Part shown: positions 47,061 through 57,902 of the stretch, piece after piece
Layout: each line of letters starts with the position of its first letter
Position numbering within the stretch: position 1 is the stretch's first letter
Assembly: GCA_963727445.1 (NCBI GenBank)
Contig: CAVSGI010000021.1
Coordinates: 576,001-640,000 of the forward strand
DNA: 64,000 nt
Origin: an uncultured delta proteobacterium
GTDB lineage: Bacteria > Myxococcota_A > Polyangia > Polyangiales > B10-G4
Reading direction: 5' to 3'
Program-made: the position numbers and the translations under genes
Notes under the pieces: model-generated
The model's input: only the letters and a program-made list of their open reading frames with translations
Databases searched by the model: none
Told to the model about the DNA's origin: nothing

Positions 47061-49138
47061 TCACTCCTCGACGCGCGGGAGCCGACCCGGCGTGACGGTG
47101 TAGCGGTGGCCCGACGTCACGTGGAAGGTGTCGGTGGCGAGCGCACCGTTCGGCCAGCGCACGGTGACGTCTGCCTCGCATTCGGCGCCGAGGCCGAAGG
47201 TGAGAAGGAGATCGCTCTGCGCACCGTAGTGCCCGTGGCCGCCCTCCACCTCACGGGTCTGGGTGACGCCGCCGGCGGTGAGCGTCGCGCGCGCGCCGAT
47301 CGCTACCGCGTTCACGTCGTCGGTCCCCTCGAGGTGAAGCTGCACCCAGTTCCCACCGTCGCCTGCGACGTTCTCGAAGAAGCGCACCTGCTGCGTCGGG
47401 TAGCAGTCATCGGGCGCCGAGGCGTCGCAGCGCGCGTGTGAGTGACCGACGACCACGTCCAGGTCCCCATCCCGATCGAAGTCGGCGATGGCGATGCCGT
47501 GGCTCCGGTGATGATCGATCCCCTGATCGATCGGCACCTGGGTGAAGCTCAGCGCCGAGTCCTGATGGTAGAGCAGCCCGTGGTTGCCCGCGTAGTCGCT
47601 CATGCCGAGATAGACGTCGAGCCAACCGTCGAGGTCGAAGTCGAAGAGCGCCGAGGTCATGATCCCCTCGTCCCAGGAGACCGCGTCCGCGTGCGGGACT
47701 TCCATCCCGAGCGCCGCGCGTCCCGGACGATCGAAGACCGGGTCGTTCGACCCGTCGTTGATCAAGAGCTCGGCCATGTCCGATCCCGAGCCGGCCCACC
47801 AGTGGCGGATCTCGTTGGTGAGCAGGTCCATGTCGCCGTCGTTGTCGACGTCGCCACACACGGTGGTCCCGCTGTTGCCGCCGAGCCGGAAGGCTTGTGT
47901 GTCGTTGGTCGGGTTCCAGGCCGGCGGCTCCGGGCAGACCACCAGGGGGCTGTCAGGCCTGCGCATCCATCCGCGCTCGGGTTCGCCTGGCAGTAGCAGC
48001 GGGCGAACTGGTTGTCGGTCCACCCCATGTCCATGTCGTAGGCGTAGCCCGAGTCGACGGATCGGTTGGTGTAGGTCACCGTCCCGTCGCTTCCGCGCAC
48101 GCCCTGGAAGAGGTGGTTCGGCGCGCGGCCATAGGACGCAGCGAGCAGCTCCATGACGCCGTCGTCGTTGAGATCGCAGGTGGCCACCGACCAGGCGCGG
48201 CTGTGTGCGAGGCCCTGGTTGAGCGCGTCGAGGCTCACCCAATCCTGGGTCTCGAGACCCGCGTCGGCGGTCGCGTCCTCGAACCCTCCTTCGCCGTCGT
48301 TTCGCCACAGCCGGTCCTGAAGGATCTCGGTGGAAGTCGAGTTGTGCCCGACCCACAGGTCGAGATCCCCGTCGAGGTCGTAGTCGACGAAGGCGGCGCC
48401 CGCCGGCACGTCGACGCCGCTCGGGTTGCGCACGGGATTGTCCCCCGAGCCGAGCACGAAGTGTCCGGGCGCGTCCTGGATCATGATCTCGCTGGTCTCT
48501 CCCATGTTGGCGCCCGTCAGGTCGATGGTGTTCATGCCGAGGTAGGCGTCGAGGTCCCCGTCGTTGTCGACGTCGCCCCAGGCCACCACCTCGACCGGCC
48601 TGCCGCCTGCGCCGCCGCCGCGAGGGGTCACGAAGCCCGAGGCCTCGGTGACGTCCTCGAAGTGACCGTCGCCCGTGTTGTGCAGGAGCCAGGTGTGCCG
48701 CTCTCCCCCCGCGGTGAAATCGTCGAAGCCGGCCGGCGCGTTGAGCACGGCGAGGTCGGTGAAGCCGTCGCCATCGAAGTCCACCGCCTCGATGCGAATG
48801 CCCTCGACCCCCGTCAGCCCCCAGCCATCGGTCGCTTCGCGGAACGCTTGCTCGCCCGGATCCCAGTGCGTTCCGTCTCCGCACACCGCTGCGGGTTGGG
48901 TCACGCACGTCGTCGTGGCCGCTTCGCAGACCTGATCGTCGGCGCAGACCTCACCGCCGTCGCCGCAGTGGCACATCCCGTCCATCGGCGAGCAGGTGGT
49001 TCCGTCGACGGCGCAGGTGACGCCATCGCACGGGTCGGTGCTCCGGGTGTCGTGGCCGCAGGAAGCGAGCGGGAAGACGAAGAAAATCGCGAACAAAGCA
49101 GGTGAAAAACGGGCCCGAAGACTGAGCATGACCCCCAT
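47061..49138 (-). CDS. FG-GAP repeat/ASPIC-UnbV (CRTAC1-like) lipoprotein, apparent frameshift ~47945
   Basis: Multiple DxDxDGDLD repeats; C-terminal AIGARATL...TQTREVEGGHGHYGAQS...FGLG...VRWPNG. Confidence 0.85.
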
Positions 49139-49173
49139 GTTTGTGCGATTGGGGCCGGCGCGCCAGTCGGCGC

Positions 49174-50319
49174 TCAGCGGGCGGCCTCGAGGCGCCACGC
49201 GCGGATCAGGGCGTCGGTGGCGCGACGCACGTCGTCCTCGGTCGTGTGTCGGCCGAGCGAGAGGCGGACGGATCCGAGTGCCTCGCTCGCCGGAACGCCC
49301 ATCGCCAGGATCACCGAGGAGGCCGATGTCTCACCCGCGTGGCAGGCCGAGCCAGTGGATGCGGCGATCTCCGGCGCGGCGGCGAGGAGCGCGTCGCCCG
49401 CCACTTCGGGAAAGCGCACGTTGAGGGTGTTCGGCAAGCGGAGCTCCCGGTGGCCGTTGAGCACGAGCCCCTCGATCGCGAGGTCCAGACGTTCCCACGC
49501 GAGGTCCCGCAGCCTCTTCATCCGCGCGGCGGCGGCGTCGAGGTCTCGGGTCACCGCTTCCGCCGCCGCACCCAGGCCGACGATCGATGCGACGTTTTCG
49601 GTGCCGGGCCTCAGGCCCCGCTCGTGACCGGCGCCCAGGGTGAAGGGAGCGATCGCCGTCTGCCGGCGAACGAAGAGGGCCCCGACGCCCTTGGGCCCGT
49701 AGAGCTTGTGGCCTGCGACCGAGAGCAGGTCGACTCCGAGCGCGTCGACATTCACCGGCACCTTGCCGAGCGACTGGGCCGCGTCCGTGTGGAGGAGCGC
49801 GCCCCGCGCGTGGGCGAGCTCGGCCAGCTCGGCGATGGGCTGGAGCACCCCGGTCTCGTTGTTCGCGTGCATCACCGTCACGAGCGTGGTCGTCTCGTCG
49901 ATCGCGGCCTTCGCCTCGGCGAGTCGGACCCGACCGCCGTCGTCGACCCCGAGCCGTGTCACCCGACAGCCCTGCGCTTCGAGCCATCCGCAAGGTCGCT
50001 CGGTCGCCGGGTGCTCGACCGCGGAGGTCACGATCCCTCCTCGAGGCGACGCGGCTCGCATCACGCCACGGATGGCGAGGTTGTTGGCCTCGGTGCCGCC
50101 CGAGGTGAAGAAGACCTCGTCGGGCGCGCAGCCCAGGGCGCCGGCGACCTGCGCTCGGGCGTGCTCGACCGCGCGCGCTGTCCGTTCGCCGTAGACGTGC
50201 CCACTCGACGGATTTCCGAAATGCTCGCGCAAGTAGGGGAGCATCGCGTCGACGACCTCGGGCAACAGGGGCGTCGTGGCGTTGTGGTCGAGGTAGATCG
50301 GATCGGCATCGACGGGCAT
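49174..50319 (-). CDS. Cysteine desulfurase (IscS/NifS family)
   Basis: IYLDHNATTP, FGNPSS, GHKLYGPKG and STGSACH motifs. Confidence 0.93.
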   Translation of the reverse strand: MPVDADPIYLDHNATTPLLPEVVDAMLPYLREHFGNPSSGHVYGERTARAVEHARAQVAGALGCAPDEVFFTSGGTEANNLAIRGVMRAASPRGGIVTSAVEHPATERPCGWLEAQGCRVTRLGVDDGGRVRLAEAKAAIDETTTLVTVMHANNETGVLQPIAELAELAHARGALLHTDAAQSLGKVPVNVDALGVDLLSVAGHKLYGPKGVGALFVRRQTAIAPFTLGAGHERGLRPGTENVASIVGLGAAAEAVTRDLDAAAARMKRLRDLAWERLDLAIEGLVLNGHRELRLPNTLNVRFPEVAGDALLAAAPEIAASTGSACHAGETSASSVILAMGVPASEALGSVRLSLGRHTTEDDVRRATDALIRAWRLEAAR

Positions 50320-50368
50320 CGACGGTGGAGAGAAACACGGAGCGGCTCGCGCGTCGAATGGTCGCTGC

Positions 50369-52826
50369 TCAGGAGGCGTGCGAGTGGGCGCTGGCTTCGA
50401 TTCGCGAAAGGTGGCGCGCTTGTCGGCCCCGCTGCCGATGGAGCAGGCGCTCGACCCCGAATCTTCAGGGCGCTCCCGACGAAGAGCCATGCGAGCGCGT
50501 AGCCCCACACCATGAGCGCGTAGCTCCAACCCACCGGCGCGACGAACCATCCGTACACCGCGGCCAATGTTCCGAGCACCTGGGTGGCTTCGGCCGCGAT
50601 GACCAGGCGCCAGCTCGGCCACGGCCGGCGCCAGAGCGTGCCGGTGTTCCGCGTGACGTAGATGGTCAGATGTCCGGCCACCAGGAGCTTCAGGAAGATG
50701 AGCGTTCGGACGGTGTCGGGCGCCAGCCCGAGATACTCGCGCACGAACCAGAACAACCCGAAAGAGGCCACCACCCCAGCGACACCCAGAGCCGCGCTCA
50801 GAACCAGAACCCGCTCCATGTTCCATCGAACCGGCTGCGGCGCGACCGGCACGTTGTCGTAGGCGATCATCATGATCGGCAGGTCGTTCAAGATCGCGAG
50901 CAGGACGATCATGACGGCCGTGACCGGATAGAAGTCGAAGACCAGGATCGAGAGCGTCATGAACAGGAGCACGCGAATCGTCTCCGAGATGCGGAAGACC
51001 GCGTAGCTGGTCATCCGTTCGAAGATGCGACGCGCTTCTTCGACCGCACTCGTGATGACCGAGAGGCCAGGAGAGGTCAGCACCACGGCGGCGGCGGCGC
51101 GCGCGGCATCGGTGGCGCCGCTGACGGCGATCCCCACGTCGGCTTGTTTGAGCGCTGGCGCGTCGTTCACGCCGTCGCCGGTCATCCCGACGATGTGATC
51201 CCGCTTCTGCAGCTCCTGGACGATGGCGAACTTGTGCTCCGGGAAGACCTGCGCGAAACCGTCGGCGGCCTCGATCGCCTCCGCCGACACCGGATGGCCG
51301 TGGTCGTCGAAGGCCTCCGAAGCTGCGGTGATGTTCGATCCGAGATGGAGCTTCCTCGCCGTCTCTCGGGCGATGGCGACGTGGTCGCCGGTGACCATCC
51401 GGATGTCGAGCCCATACCCCCGGGCGGCGTCGATGGTCGCCGCGGCGTCGTCGCGCGGCGGATCGAAGAGCTGCAACAGGCCCAGGAGCTTCCAGCCATC
51501 GCCGCGGTCGCGGGCGACGCCGAGGACGCGGAAGCCGGAAGCGGCCAGCTCATCCGTTCGGGCCGCGACCTCTCGCCGGACGTCCTCGTCGGCGTCGACC
51601 AGGGCGAGGATCGCCTGGGCGGCGCCCTTGCTCACCCGCCACGTCTCCTCGCCACGTCGCACCTCGGCGTCGGCGCGCTTGCGCACCGGGTCGAAGGGCT
51701 CGAAGTGGTCGGTGGTGAAGTGGGAGAGGTCGCCGCGGTCTACGCGCGCGACGATGGCCGAGTCGATGGGGTCGGCGTCCTCCTCGCGGGACGCCAGCGC
51801 CGCCGCGAGAACGAGGTCTTCGGCGTCGTCGGCACCCATGACGATCGGTTCACCGAGCGTCAGCTCGTTCTTGGTGAGGGTGCCCGTCTTGTCGCTGCAC
51901 AGCACGTCCATCCCTGCCATCTCCTCGATGGAGACCAGACGCGAGACGATGGCCCCCATCTTCGCGAGCTTGGAGGCGCCGGCGGCCATGGTGACGGAGA
52001 GCACCGTGGGAAGCGCGACGGGGATCGCCGCGACGGTGAGGATGAGCGCGAAGAGGAGGGTCTCGACCAGTGGCGTGCCGCGAAAGAGAGCGACCAGGAG
52101 GATGATCACCACCAGGATGATGGTGAGGACGATGAGGAAGTTGCCGATCTTCAGGACCGCCCGCTGGAAATGGGAGCGCGTCTCCGCGTCTTCGACCAGG
52201 CGCGCCGTCTTTCCGAAATAGGTGTCCATTCCGATGGCCGACACGACGCCGGTCATCTCGCCCGTTCGCACGATCGAGCCCGAGTACACGTCGTCGCCCT
52301 CGCCATGGTCGACGGGGAGGGACTCTCCGGTGAGAGCGGATTGGTCGACGCTCAAGAACCCTTCGCCGACGAGGCGCAGGTCGGCGGGGACGATGTTGCC
52401 CAGGCGAACCCGCACCACGTCGCCGGGGACGAGCTCGGCCGCGTCCACCTCGCGCCAACGCCCGTCACGAAGAACCCGCGCCTCGAGCGCGAGCTTCGCT
52501 TTCAGCGCAGTGATGGCATTGTCGGCCTGGAGCTCCTCCCAGAAGCCGACGCCAGCGTTGATCAGCAGCATCGACCCGATGATGGCGAGGTCGTCCCACC
52601 GCCCGGCGGCCCCCGACAGGATCGCGGCGGCCTCGATCATCCAGGGGATGGGTCCCCAGAAGAACCCGGCGATCCGGCGCGTTAGGGAGACGCGCTTTTC
52701 GACGAGGGCATTGGGCCCGAAGCGCTCCTTTCGCCGGGCCACCTCCGCCGACTTGAGGCCGACGCTCGTGTCGGTGGGTGGCACCGACGGACCCTGCTCG
52801 GCTCTGCGCTGGTCTTCCCTCTGCAT
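50369..52826 (-). CDS. Plasma-membrane-type proton-efflux P-type ATPase (type IIIA), apparent frameshift ~50457
   Basis: FWGPIPWMIEAAA, DQSALTGESLP, IPVALP, DKTGTLT, MTGDGVNDAPALK and ILND motifs; the alternative frame stops at 50369. Confidence 0.92.
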
Positions 52827-52932
52827 GTCGGCCCGAGATCTAGATAAGACCGCCGCAGCCGCGCGCCACGCAGAAGGTGGTGGCGTTTTGCCTCAGGTGC
52901 GACGAAGCGTCGCGGGGCGAGTCATCGGCCAG

Positions 52933-53442
52933 CTACCCCTCCTTCGGAAGATCTTCTGCGTAGTCGGATGGGGGCGGAAACGCGGTCGGCCAGTCGGAGT
53001 CGTGCTTGACCGAGGGGCCGCTGATGAACTTCGTCAGCGCGTCGATCGAGCGATCCAGGTCGCGCGCAGCCCCCTTGGCGAGGTCTCCGATGGAGATCGC
53101 CCCGACGACGGATCCGCCCGTGCACACCACCAGATGGCGTACGTGTCGTTCGCCCATCCTTCGTCTCGCTTCCAGGACGCTCTCCTCCGGCAGACCGGTC
53201 AGGACTTCTCTCGTCATGACGTTGGCTACCAGGGTGTGCTTGGGATCGAGGTTTCTGGCGAGCACACGACGCACCGCGTCGCGCTCCGTCAGGATTCCGA
53301 CGAGCGAACCCTCGTCGATGACCAGTACCGATCCGACACCCTTTCTACTCAACTGCCGGACCGCTTCGAGGACCGTTGCTGAGCTTGGAATGGAAACCGT
53401 CTCTGTACCCTTCGCCTCTAAAACTGCTCGAAGGTTGGGCAT
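52933..53442 (-). CDS. CBS domain pair protein
   Basis: LVGILTERD, VMT, VRHLVV and ISIGDL motifs; GGAGG RBS. Confidence 0.88.
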   Translation of the reverse strand: MPNLRAVLEAKGTETVSIPSSATVLEAVRQLSRKGVGSVLVIDEGSLVGILTERDAVRRVLARNLDPKHTLVANVMTREVLTGLPEESVLEARRRMGERHVRHLVVCTGGSVVGAISIGDLAKGAARDLDRSIDALTKFISGPSVKHDSDWPTAFPPPSDYAEDLPKEG

Positions 53443-53468
53443 GCAAATACCTCCGATGAGACTGCTGG

Positions 53469-53484
53469 AGCAGGAACCATGCCC
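53469..53484 (-). promoter_or_regulatory. Candidate sigma54 promoter for the CBS gene
   Basis: GGGCATGGTTCCTGCT fits GG-N10-GC about 27 bp upstream of the ATG. Confidence 0.4.
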
Positions 53485-53546
53485 ATGCGGCTTTCGTGCA
53501 CCGGATTCCGTGGAGCACAGATTCGTGCACTCGGGAGGCGAGGCGC

Positions 53547-54284
53547 TCAGCCCGCGACGGGAATCAGCTCTTTCAGCGTCCGCGCGCGCTCGCGCGCGAG
53601 CGGGACCCGAGGCGCTTCGGGGTGGGCGAGGATCAGCTCGAAGCTGCCAGGGCCCGAGGGCTGGATCTTCTGAATCCGATCGAGACGCACGAGCACGCTG
53701 CGGTGGCTGCGAAAGAAGAGCTCGGACGACAAACGCTTCTCGACGGTGCTCATGGTGAGATCGAGGGCGAAGCGATCGTCGTCGGTGACGGCCCAGACGA
53801 GCTCGTCTTTCATCTCGAAGTAGACGACGTCCTCGAGATCGACCACCACGTATCCGTCGCGGCGCTTGATCGCCAGCCGCGTCATCGGTGCGTCGGCGCT
53901 GGCTCGCATCGGGCCGAGCTCGCGGACGCGCTGGAGCGCGCCTTCGAGGCGCTCGAGACGCACCGGCTTGAGGAGGTAGTCGACGACGCGGGCCTCGAAG
54001 GCACGCAGGGCTGCATCGTCGTGAGCCGAGACCACCACCACCGACGTCTCCGGCTTGCGGGCGCGTACCGCTTCCGCGAGAGCGATGCCGTCGGGCCCGG
54101 GCATCCGCAGATCCACGAAGACCACGTCGGGGCCGACGTCATCGAGTAGAGCGAGGGCGCTCTTGGCGTCCTCTGCTTCTCCCGCGACCTCCACGCCTTC
54201 GCACTGCCCCAGGAGAAAGGTCAGCTCGTCGCGCGCCAGAGGCTCGTCGTCGACGACGATGGCTTTGAGGTCCGTCTCAGTCAC
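53547..54284 (-). CDS. LytTR-family response regulator
   Basis: VDDEPLAR, VDLRMP, DYLLKP and FFRSHRS motifs. Confidence 0.93.
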   Translation of the reverse strand: MTETDLKAIVVDDEPLARDELTFLLGQCEGVEVAGEAEDAKSALALLDDVGPDVVFVDLRMPGPDGIALAEAVRARKPETSVVVVSAHDDAALRAFEARVVDYLLKPVRLERLEGALQRVRELGPMRASADAPMTRLAIKRRDGYVVVDLEDVVYFEMKDELVWAVTDDDRFALDLTMSTVEKRLSSELFFRSHRSVLVRLDRIQKIQPSGPGSFELILAHPEAPRVPLARERARTLKELIPVAG

Positions 54285-55531
54285 GCTGCATCCACCTCTC
54301 GTTGGCGATGATCCACCAGGGCTTGTCGCGGCAGGCGAACCGTCGCGCGGGCGCCGCCGTCACGGATGACCAGCTCGAAGGACGCGGCGCCGGAATACTT
54401 CTGGGAGAGACGCCGCTCGAGCGTCTCGACGGCGATGCCGCTCCCGGCTTCGGCGATCGGCCGCCGCTCCCCGTCGGAGGAGTCCACGACCTCGATCACC
54501 AGCGCGTCCCCGTCGGCGTGCGCCTTCACCACCACCTCGCCGGGGCCCGTGTGCGCAGCCACGCCATGACGCACCGCGTTTTCGACGAGGGGCTGGAGCA
54601 GGAGCGCAGGTACGGCGTCGTGCTCGACCTCCGTGTCGATCTCGGTGCGCACCGACAGGCGCTCGTCGCCCAGGCGGGCCCGCTCGATCGCGAGATAGCT
54701 CTCCGCATGGCTGACCTCGTCGCGAAGGGTGGCGTCGTCGGGATGCGACAGGAGGTAGCGGTAGAGGTCGGAGAGATCATCGACCAGCTCGCGCGCCTTC
54801 TCCGGATCGCGCCGGATGGTGGCGCGCAAGGCGTTGAGGGCGTTGAAGAGGAAGTGGGGCTCGAGCCGGCGGCGCAGAGACTCGAGGCTCGCCGCGTCCG
54901 CCGCGGCGCGCGCGTTGGCCAGGGCGACGGCGCTCTCTTCGCGCGTCACCACCAGCTTGGCGACCATCACGAAGAGCGTGACCCCGGCTGCGTTGACGGC
55001 GAGCTTGACCAGGTGAGCGGGCCAGGCCGGGATGTAGCGGGCCGCATGACCCACCGCCAACAGCCCGACGCCCACACCCATCAGGTGAAAGCCCTGAATG
55101 CCCACGGAGGTGACGAACGCCTTCGGGCCCTGAAACCATTCCGGCTTCCGTTCGGCCACCACCCCGGCGATGACCCCGTCGATGATCGAGGCGATCAGGA
55201 CCCAGGGCGCCGTCCCGTCATCCACCAGGGCGGCGTAGAAGAGCCCCCCTCCCAATCCGGCGAGGGCTCCGGCCTTCCATCCGCCGAGGATGGCGCCGAT
55301 GAGCACGCCGATGGCGCGGACGTTCATGTGCTCGCCCATCACCGTCATCCCCAGCATCGCTCCCCAGATGCTGAGCCCGAGCCCGAGGAAGACGGCCGCC
55401 AGCTTGTCCCGCCTCTGTCCCACGCCGAGCAGGCGGTTGCGGAGCGGGGGGATGAACACGGCCAGCAGGGCTGCGGCGGCGATGAGCCCCATCTTTTCGG
55501 CGAGCTCGACCAGCAGGGTGCCGACGTTCAC
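54281..55531 (-). CDS. LytS-family sensor histidine kinase
   Basis: N-terminal 5TM-LytS-like region; PHFLFNALN, LQPLVENAVRHG and GSGIA motifs. Confidence 0.92.
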   Translation of the reverse strand: MNVGTLLVELAEKMGLIAAAALLAVFIPPLRNRLLGVGQRRDKLAAVFLGLGLSIWGAMLGMTVMGEHMNVRAIGVLIGAILGGWKAGALAGLGGGLFYAALVDDGTAPWVLIASIIDGVIAGVVAERKPEWFQGPKAFVTSVGIQGFHLMGVGVGLLAVGHAARYIPAWPAHLVKLAVNAAGVTLFVMVAKLVVTREESAVALANARAAADAASLESLRRRLEPHFLFNALNALRATIRRDPEKARELVDDLSDLYRYLLSHPDDATLRDEVSHAESYLAIERARLGDERLSVRTEIDTEVEHDAVPALLLQPLVENAVRHGVAAHTGPGEVVVKAHADGDALVIEVVDSSDGERRPIAEAGSGIAVETLERRLSQKYSGAASFELVIRDGGARATVRLPRQALVDHRQREVDAA

Positions 55532-55812
55532 CTTCAGAGCTTATCTCGGCGAGCGCACTTGCACCCACCCACCCCCGAACGAGGTTTTCGAGGCCCTCTC
55601 GCCTTAAGTGAGCCTGGGCACGCAACTGAGCGCGCGAGCGCTCGAAAAAGGCTGCAGTGTCGGATCACGCCCGGCCGGGATTGAGCTAAACTGAGGAATC
55701 CGACGTGGGAAGGTGGACCAACGGGGTGTCTCCTTCCACGTTTCGCCCGAGCCGGGCCGTGAGCCGTCAGTACGGGTTCCAACAGATTCTTTCCTTTTTC
55801 GAGAGGTTTTCA

Positions 55813-57843
55813 ATGATGCGCAGAGCTGTCCCCCTTTCCATCCTGCTTCCCCTGCTGCTGGTGTTCACTGGCTGCGGCGGGGACGACCGGCCGCCCACGG
55901 GTGATGCCGGCGGCGACGGGAGCAGCGACTCCGCGCTTCCCCCGCAGCCCGATGCCGACGGCGACGGGATCAGCGACGTGGACGAAGCGCGCGCCACCAA
56001 CCGGGACACGGACGGTGACGGCACACCCGACTATCTGGACGACGATTCGGACAACGATTCGATTCCCGACAGCGTCGAGGCGGGTGACGCCGATACCAAC
56101 ACGCCTCCCGAGGACGCCGACATGGACGGCATCCCCAACTTCGTCGACGACGACTCGGACGGCAACGGCATCGCCGACCTGGTCGAAGGCGTGGGGGACG
56201 CGGACGGCGACGGCATCGAGGATTTCCGTGACACCGACGACGACAACGACCGCGTCGAGGACGCGACCGAGATCGTGGACCCGTCGGTTCCGGTGGATTT
56301 CGACGGTGACGGCCTCGCCGACTTCCGCGACCCCGACTCCGACAACGACTTCATCCTCGACGGTGACGAGCGACCCCGCACGGGCGACGCCATCGACACC
56401 GACGGGGACGGCACACCCGACTGGCAGGACGACGACTCCGACGGCGACGGGTTCCTCGACTCGGAAGAGGCGGGCGACATGGACATCCGCACTCCGCCGC
56501 GGGACACGGACATGGACATGATCCCGGACTTCCGCGACGCCGACAGTGACAACGACGGCGTCTCCGACGCCGACGAGTTCGTCGCCGGTTCCGACCCGAC
56601 GCTGAGCGACACCGACGGCGACGGCATCAGCGACCTGATCGAGATCGGCGCGGGTACCGATCCGACCGACGCGTTCGACAACCCCCGTGAGCGTGGAGAC
56701 TTCGTCTTCGTCGTTCCCTACATGGATGCGACGGACCCGCCCCGGGATACCCTGCATTTCCGGACGAGCATTCAGTTCGCCGACGTCTACTTCCTCTTCG
56801 ATCAGTCGGGCTCGATGGGCACGGAGATCTCCTCGCTCCAGGCGGCGGTGAACACTGTCATCTCCGATCTGACCTGCACCGACTTCGGGACCCCCTGCAC
56901 CCGTGACTCGATGTGCGCCACCGATCAGGTTTGCAGCCTGTCGGGGACCTGCATCGAGGATCCGGGCATCAGCTCCTGCGTGGCGAGCCCCTGGACCGGC
57001 GTGGGTCATTACCTCGCGGAGCTCACGCACGTGACGGACATCCAGCCGGATCCGGCCGTCACGGCGGCCGGCCTGATGTTCGGGACCACGGGCGCCATCG
57101 AGAACCTGTTCAAGGCCGCGTGGTGCATCGCCGACCCGGCGACGTGTCCGGGCGTCACGACCTCGTGTCGGTCCCCGCTGCCGGCGGACCGTGTCGGATG
57201 CCCGGGCTTCCGAGCCGAGGCGGTGAAGATCCTGGTCGGGTTCACCGACGAGGAGAGCAACCCGGATACGCCGGACGCCGTCTCCGCGGGCACGGCGCTC
57301 AGCGATGCGGGCGTGACCTTCATCGGGGTCTGGAGCGGTACGCCGACGGATTCCCAACGGGCCGACCTCGTGGATCTCGCGAACGCCAGTGGATCCCTCG
57401 ATCGGACCGGCGCGCCGCTGGTCTTCGATGGTCAGGACGCGGCGGTCGTACCCGTCGTCATCGACGCCATCAACGAGATCGTCGAGGGCGTGCCCCTGCG
57501 CGTCACCATCGATGCCGCCGACCTTCCGGACGATGCGGGTGACTCGCTGCAGTTCATCGATCACCTCGAGGCCAACACCTCGGGCGGCAGCTGCTCGATG
57601 ATCATGACCGAGGACATCCCACCCCCGTCCATCTCCAGGCATGCCTTCCCGGCCGTCACCCCGGGCACCCCGGTCTGCTTCGACGTGGTGCCGGTCGCGA
57701 TGCAGACCACCGTCATGCCCGAGGCTTCGCCGCTGGTCTTCGAGGCCGAGCTCACCGTCTACGGCGACGGCTCGCCCCTCGACAGCCGAACGGTCTTCTT
57801 CCTGGTGCCGCCGGTGATCCCCGATCCGGGCGGTCCGGACTGA
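55813..57843 (+). CDS. Thrombospondin type-3 repeat + VWA lipoprotein (CglD-like architecture)
   Basis: Lipobox FTG-C; many DxDxDGxPDxxDxDSDND repeats; FLFDQSGSM MIDAS motif. Confidence 0.8.
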   Translation: MMRRAVPLSILLPLLLVFTGCGGDDRPPTGDAGGDGSSDSALPPQPDADGDGISDVDEARATNRDTDGDGTPDYLDDDSDNDSIPDSVEAGDADTNTPPEDADMDGIPNFVDDDSDGNGIADLVEGVGDADGDGIEDFRDTDDDNDRVEDATEIVDPSVPVDFDGDGLADFRDPDSDNDFILDGDERPRTGDAIDTDGDGTPDWQDDDSDGDGFLDSEEAGDMDIRTPPRDTDMDMIPDFRDADSDNDGVSDADEFVAGSDPTLSDTDGDGISDLIEIGAGTDPTDAFDNPRERGDFVFVVPYMDATDPPRDTLHFRTSIQFADVYFLFDQSGSMGTEISSLQAAVNTVISDLTCTDFGTPCTRDSMCATDQVCSLSGTCIEDPGISSCVASPWTGVGHYLAELTHVTDIQPDPAVTAAGLMFGTTGAIENLFKAAWCIADPATCPGVTTSCRSPLPADRVGCPGFRAEAVKILVGFTDEESNPDTPDAVSAGTALSDAGVTFIGVWSGTPTDSQRADLVDLANASGSLDRTGAPLVFDGQDAAVVPVVIDAINEIVEGVPLRVTIDAADLPDDAGDSLQFIDHLEANTSGGSCSMIMTEDIPPPSISRHAFPAVTPGTPVCFDVVPVAMQTTVMPEASPLVFEAELTVYGDGSPLDSRTVFFLVPPVIPDPGGPD

Positions 57844-57868
57844 TCGGGCGCAAAAAGGCCCAGACGTG

Positions 57869-57902
57869 AAAACGGGGCGCCTTTAGGGCGCCCCATTTTT
57901 TT
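57869..57902 (+). terminator. Rho-independent terminator
   Basis: GGGGCGCC-TTTAG-GGCGCCCC followed by a T7 tract, ~30 bp after the stop. Confidence 0.8.

Noticed and set aside
49174..52826. ATPase C-terminal extension overlapping or fused to the cysteine desulfurase
   Set aside because: A single indel near 50457 gives a normal stop at 50369, upstream of the desulfurase start.
53493..53530. TTCGTGCAC direct repeats as a LytTR binding site
   Set aside because: The period is 29 bp rather than the roughly 21 bp typical of LytTR sites, so support is insufficient.
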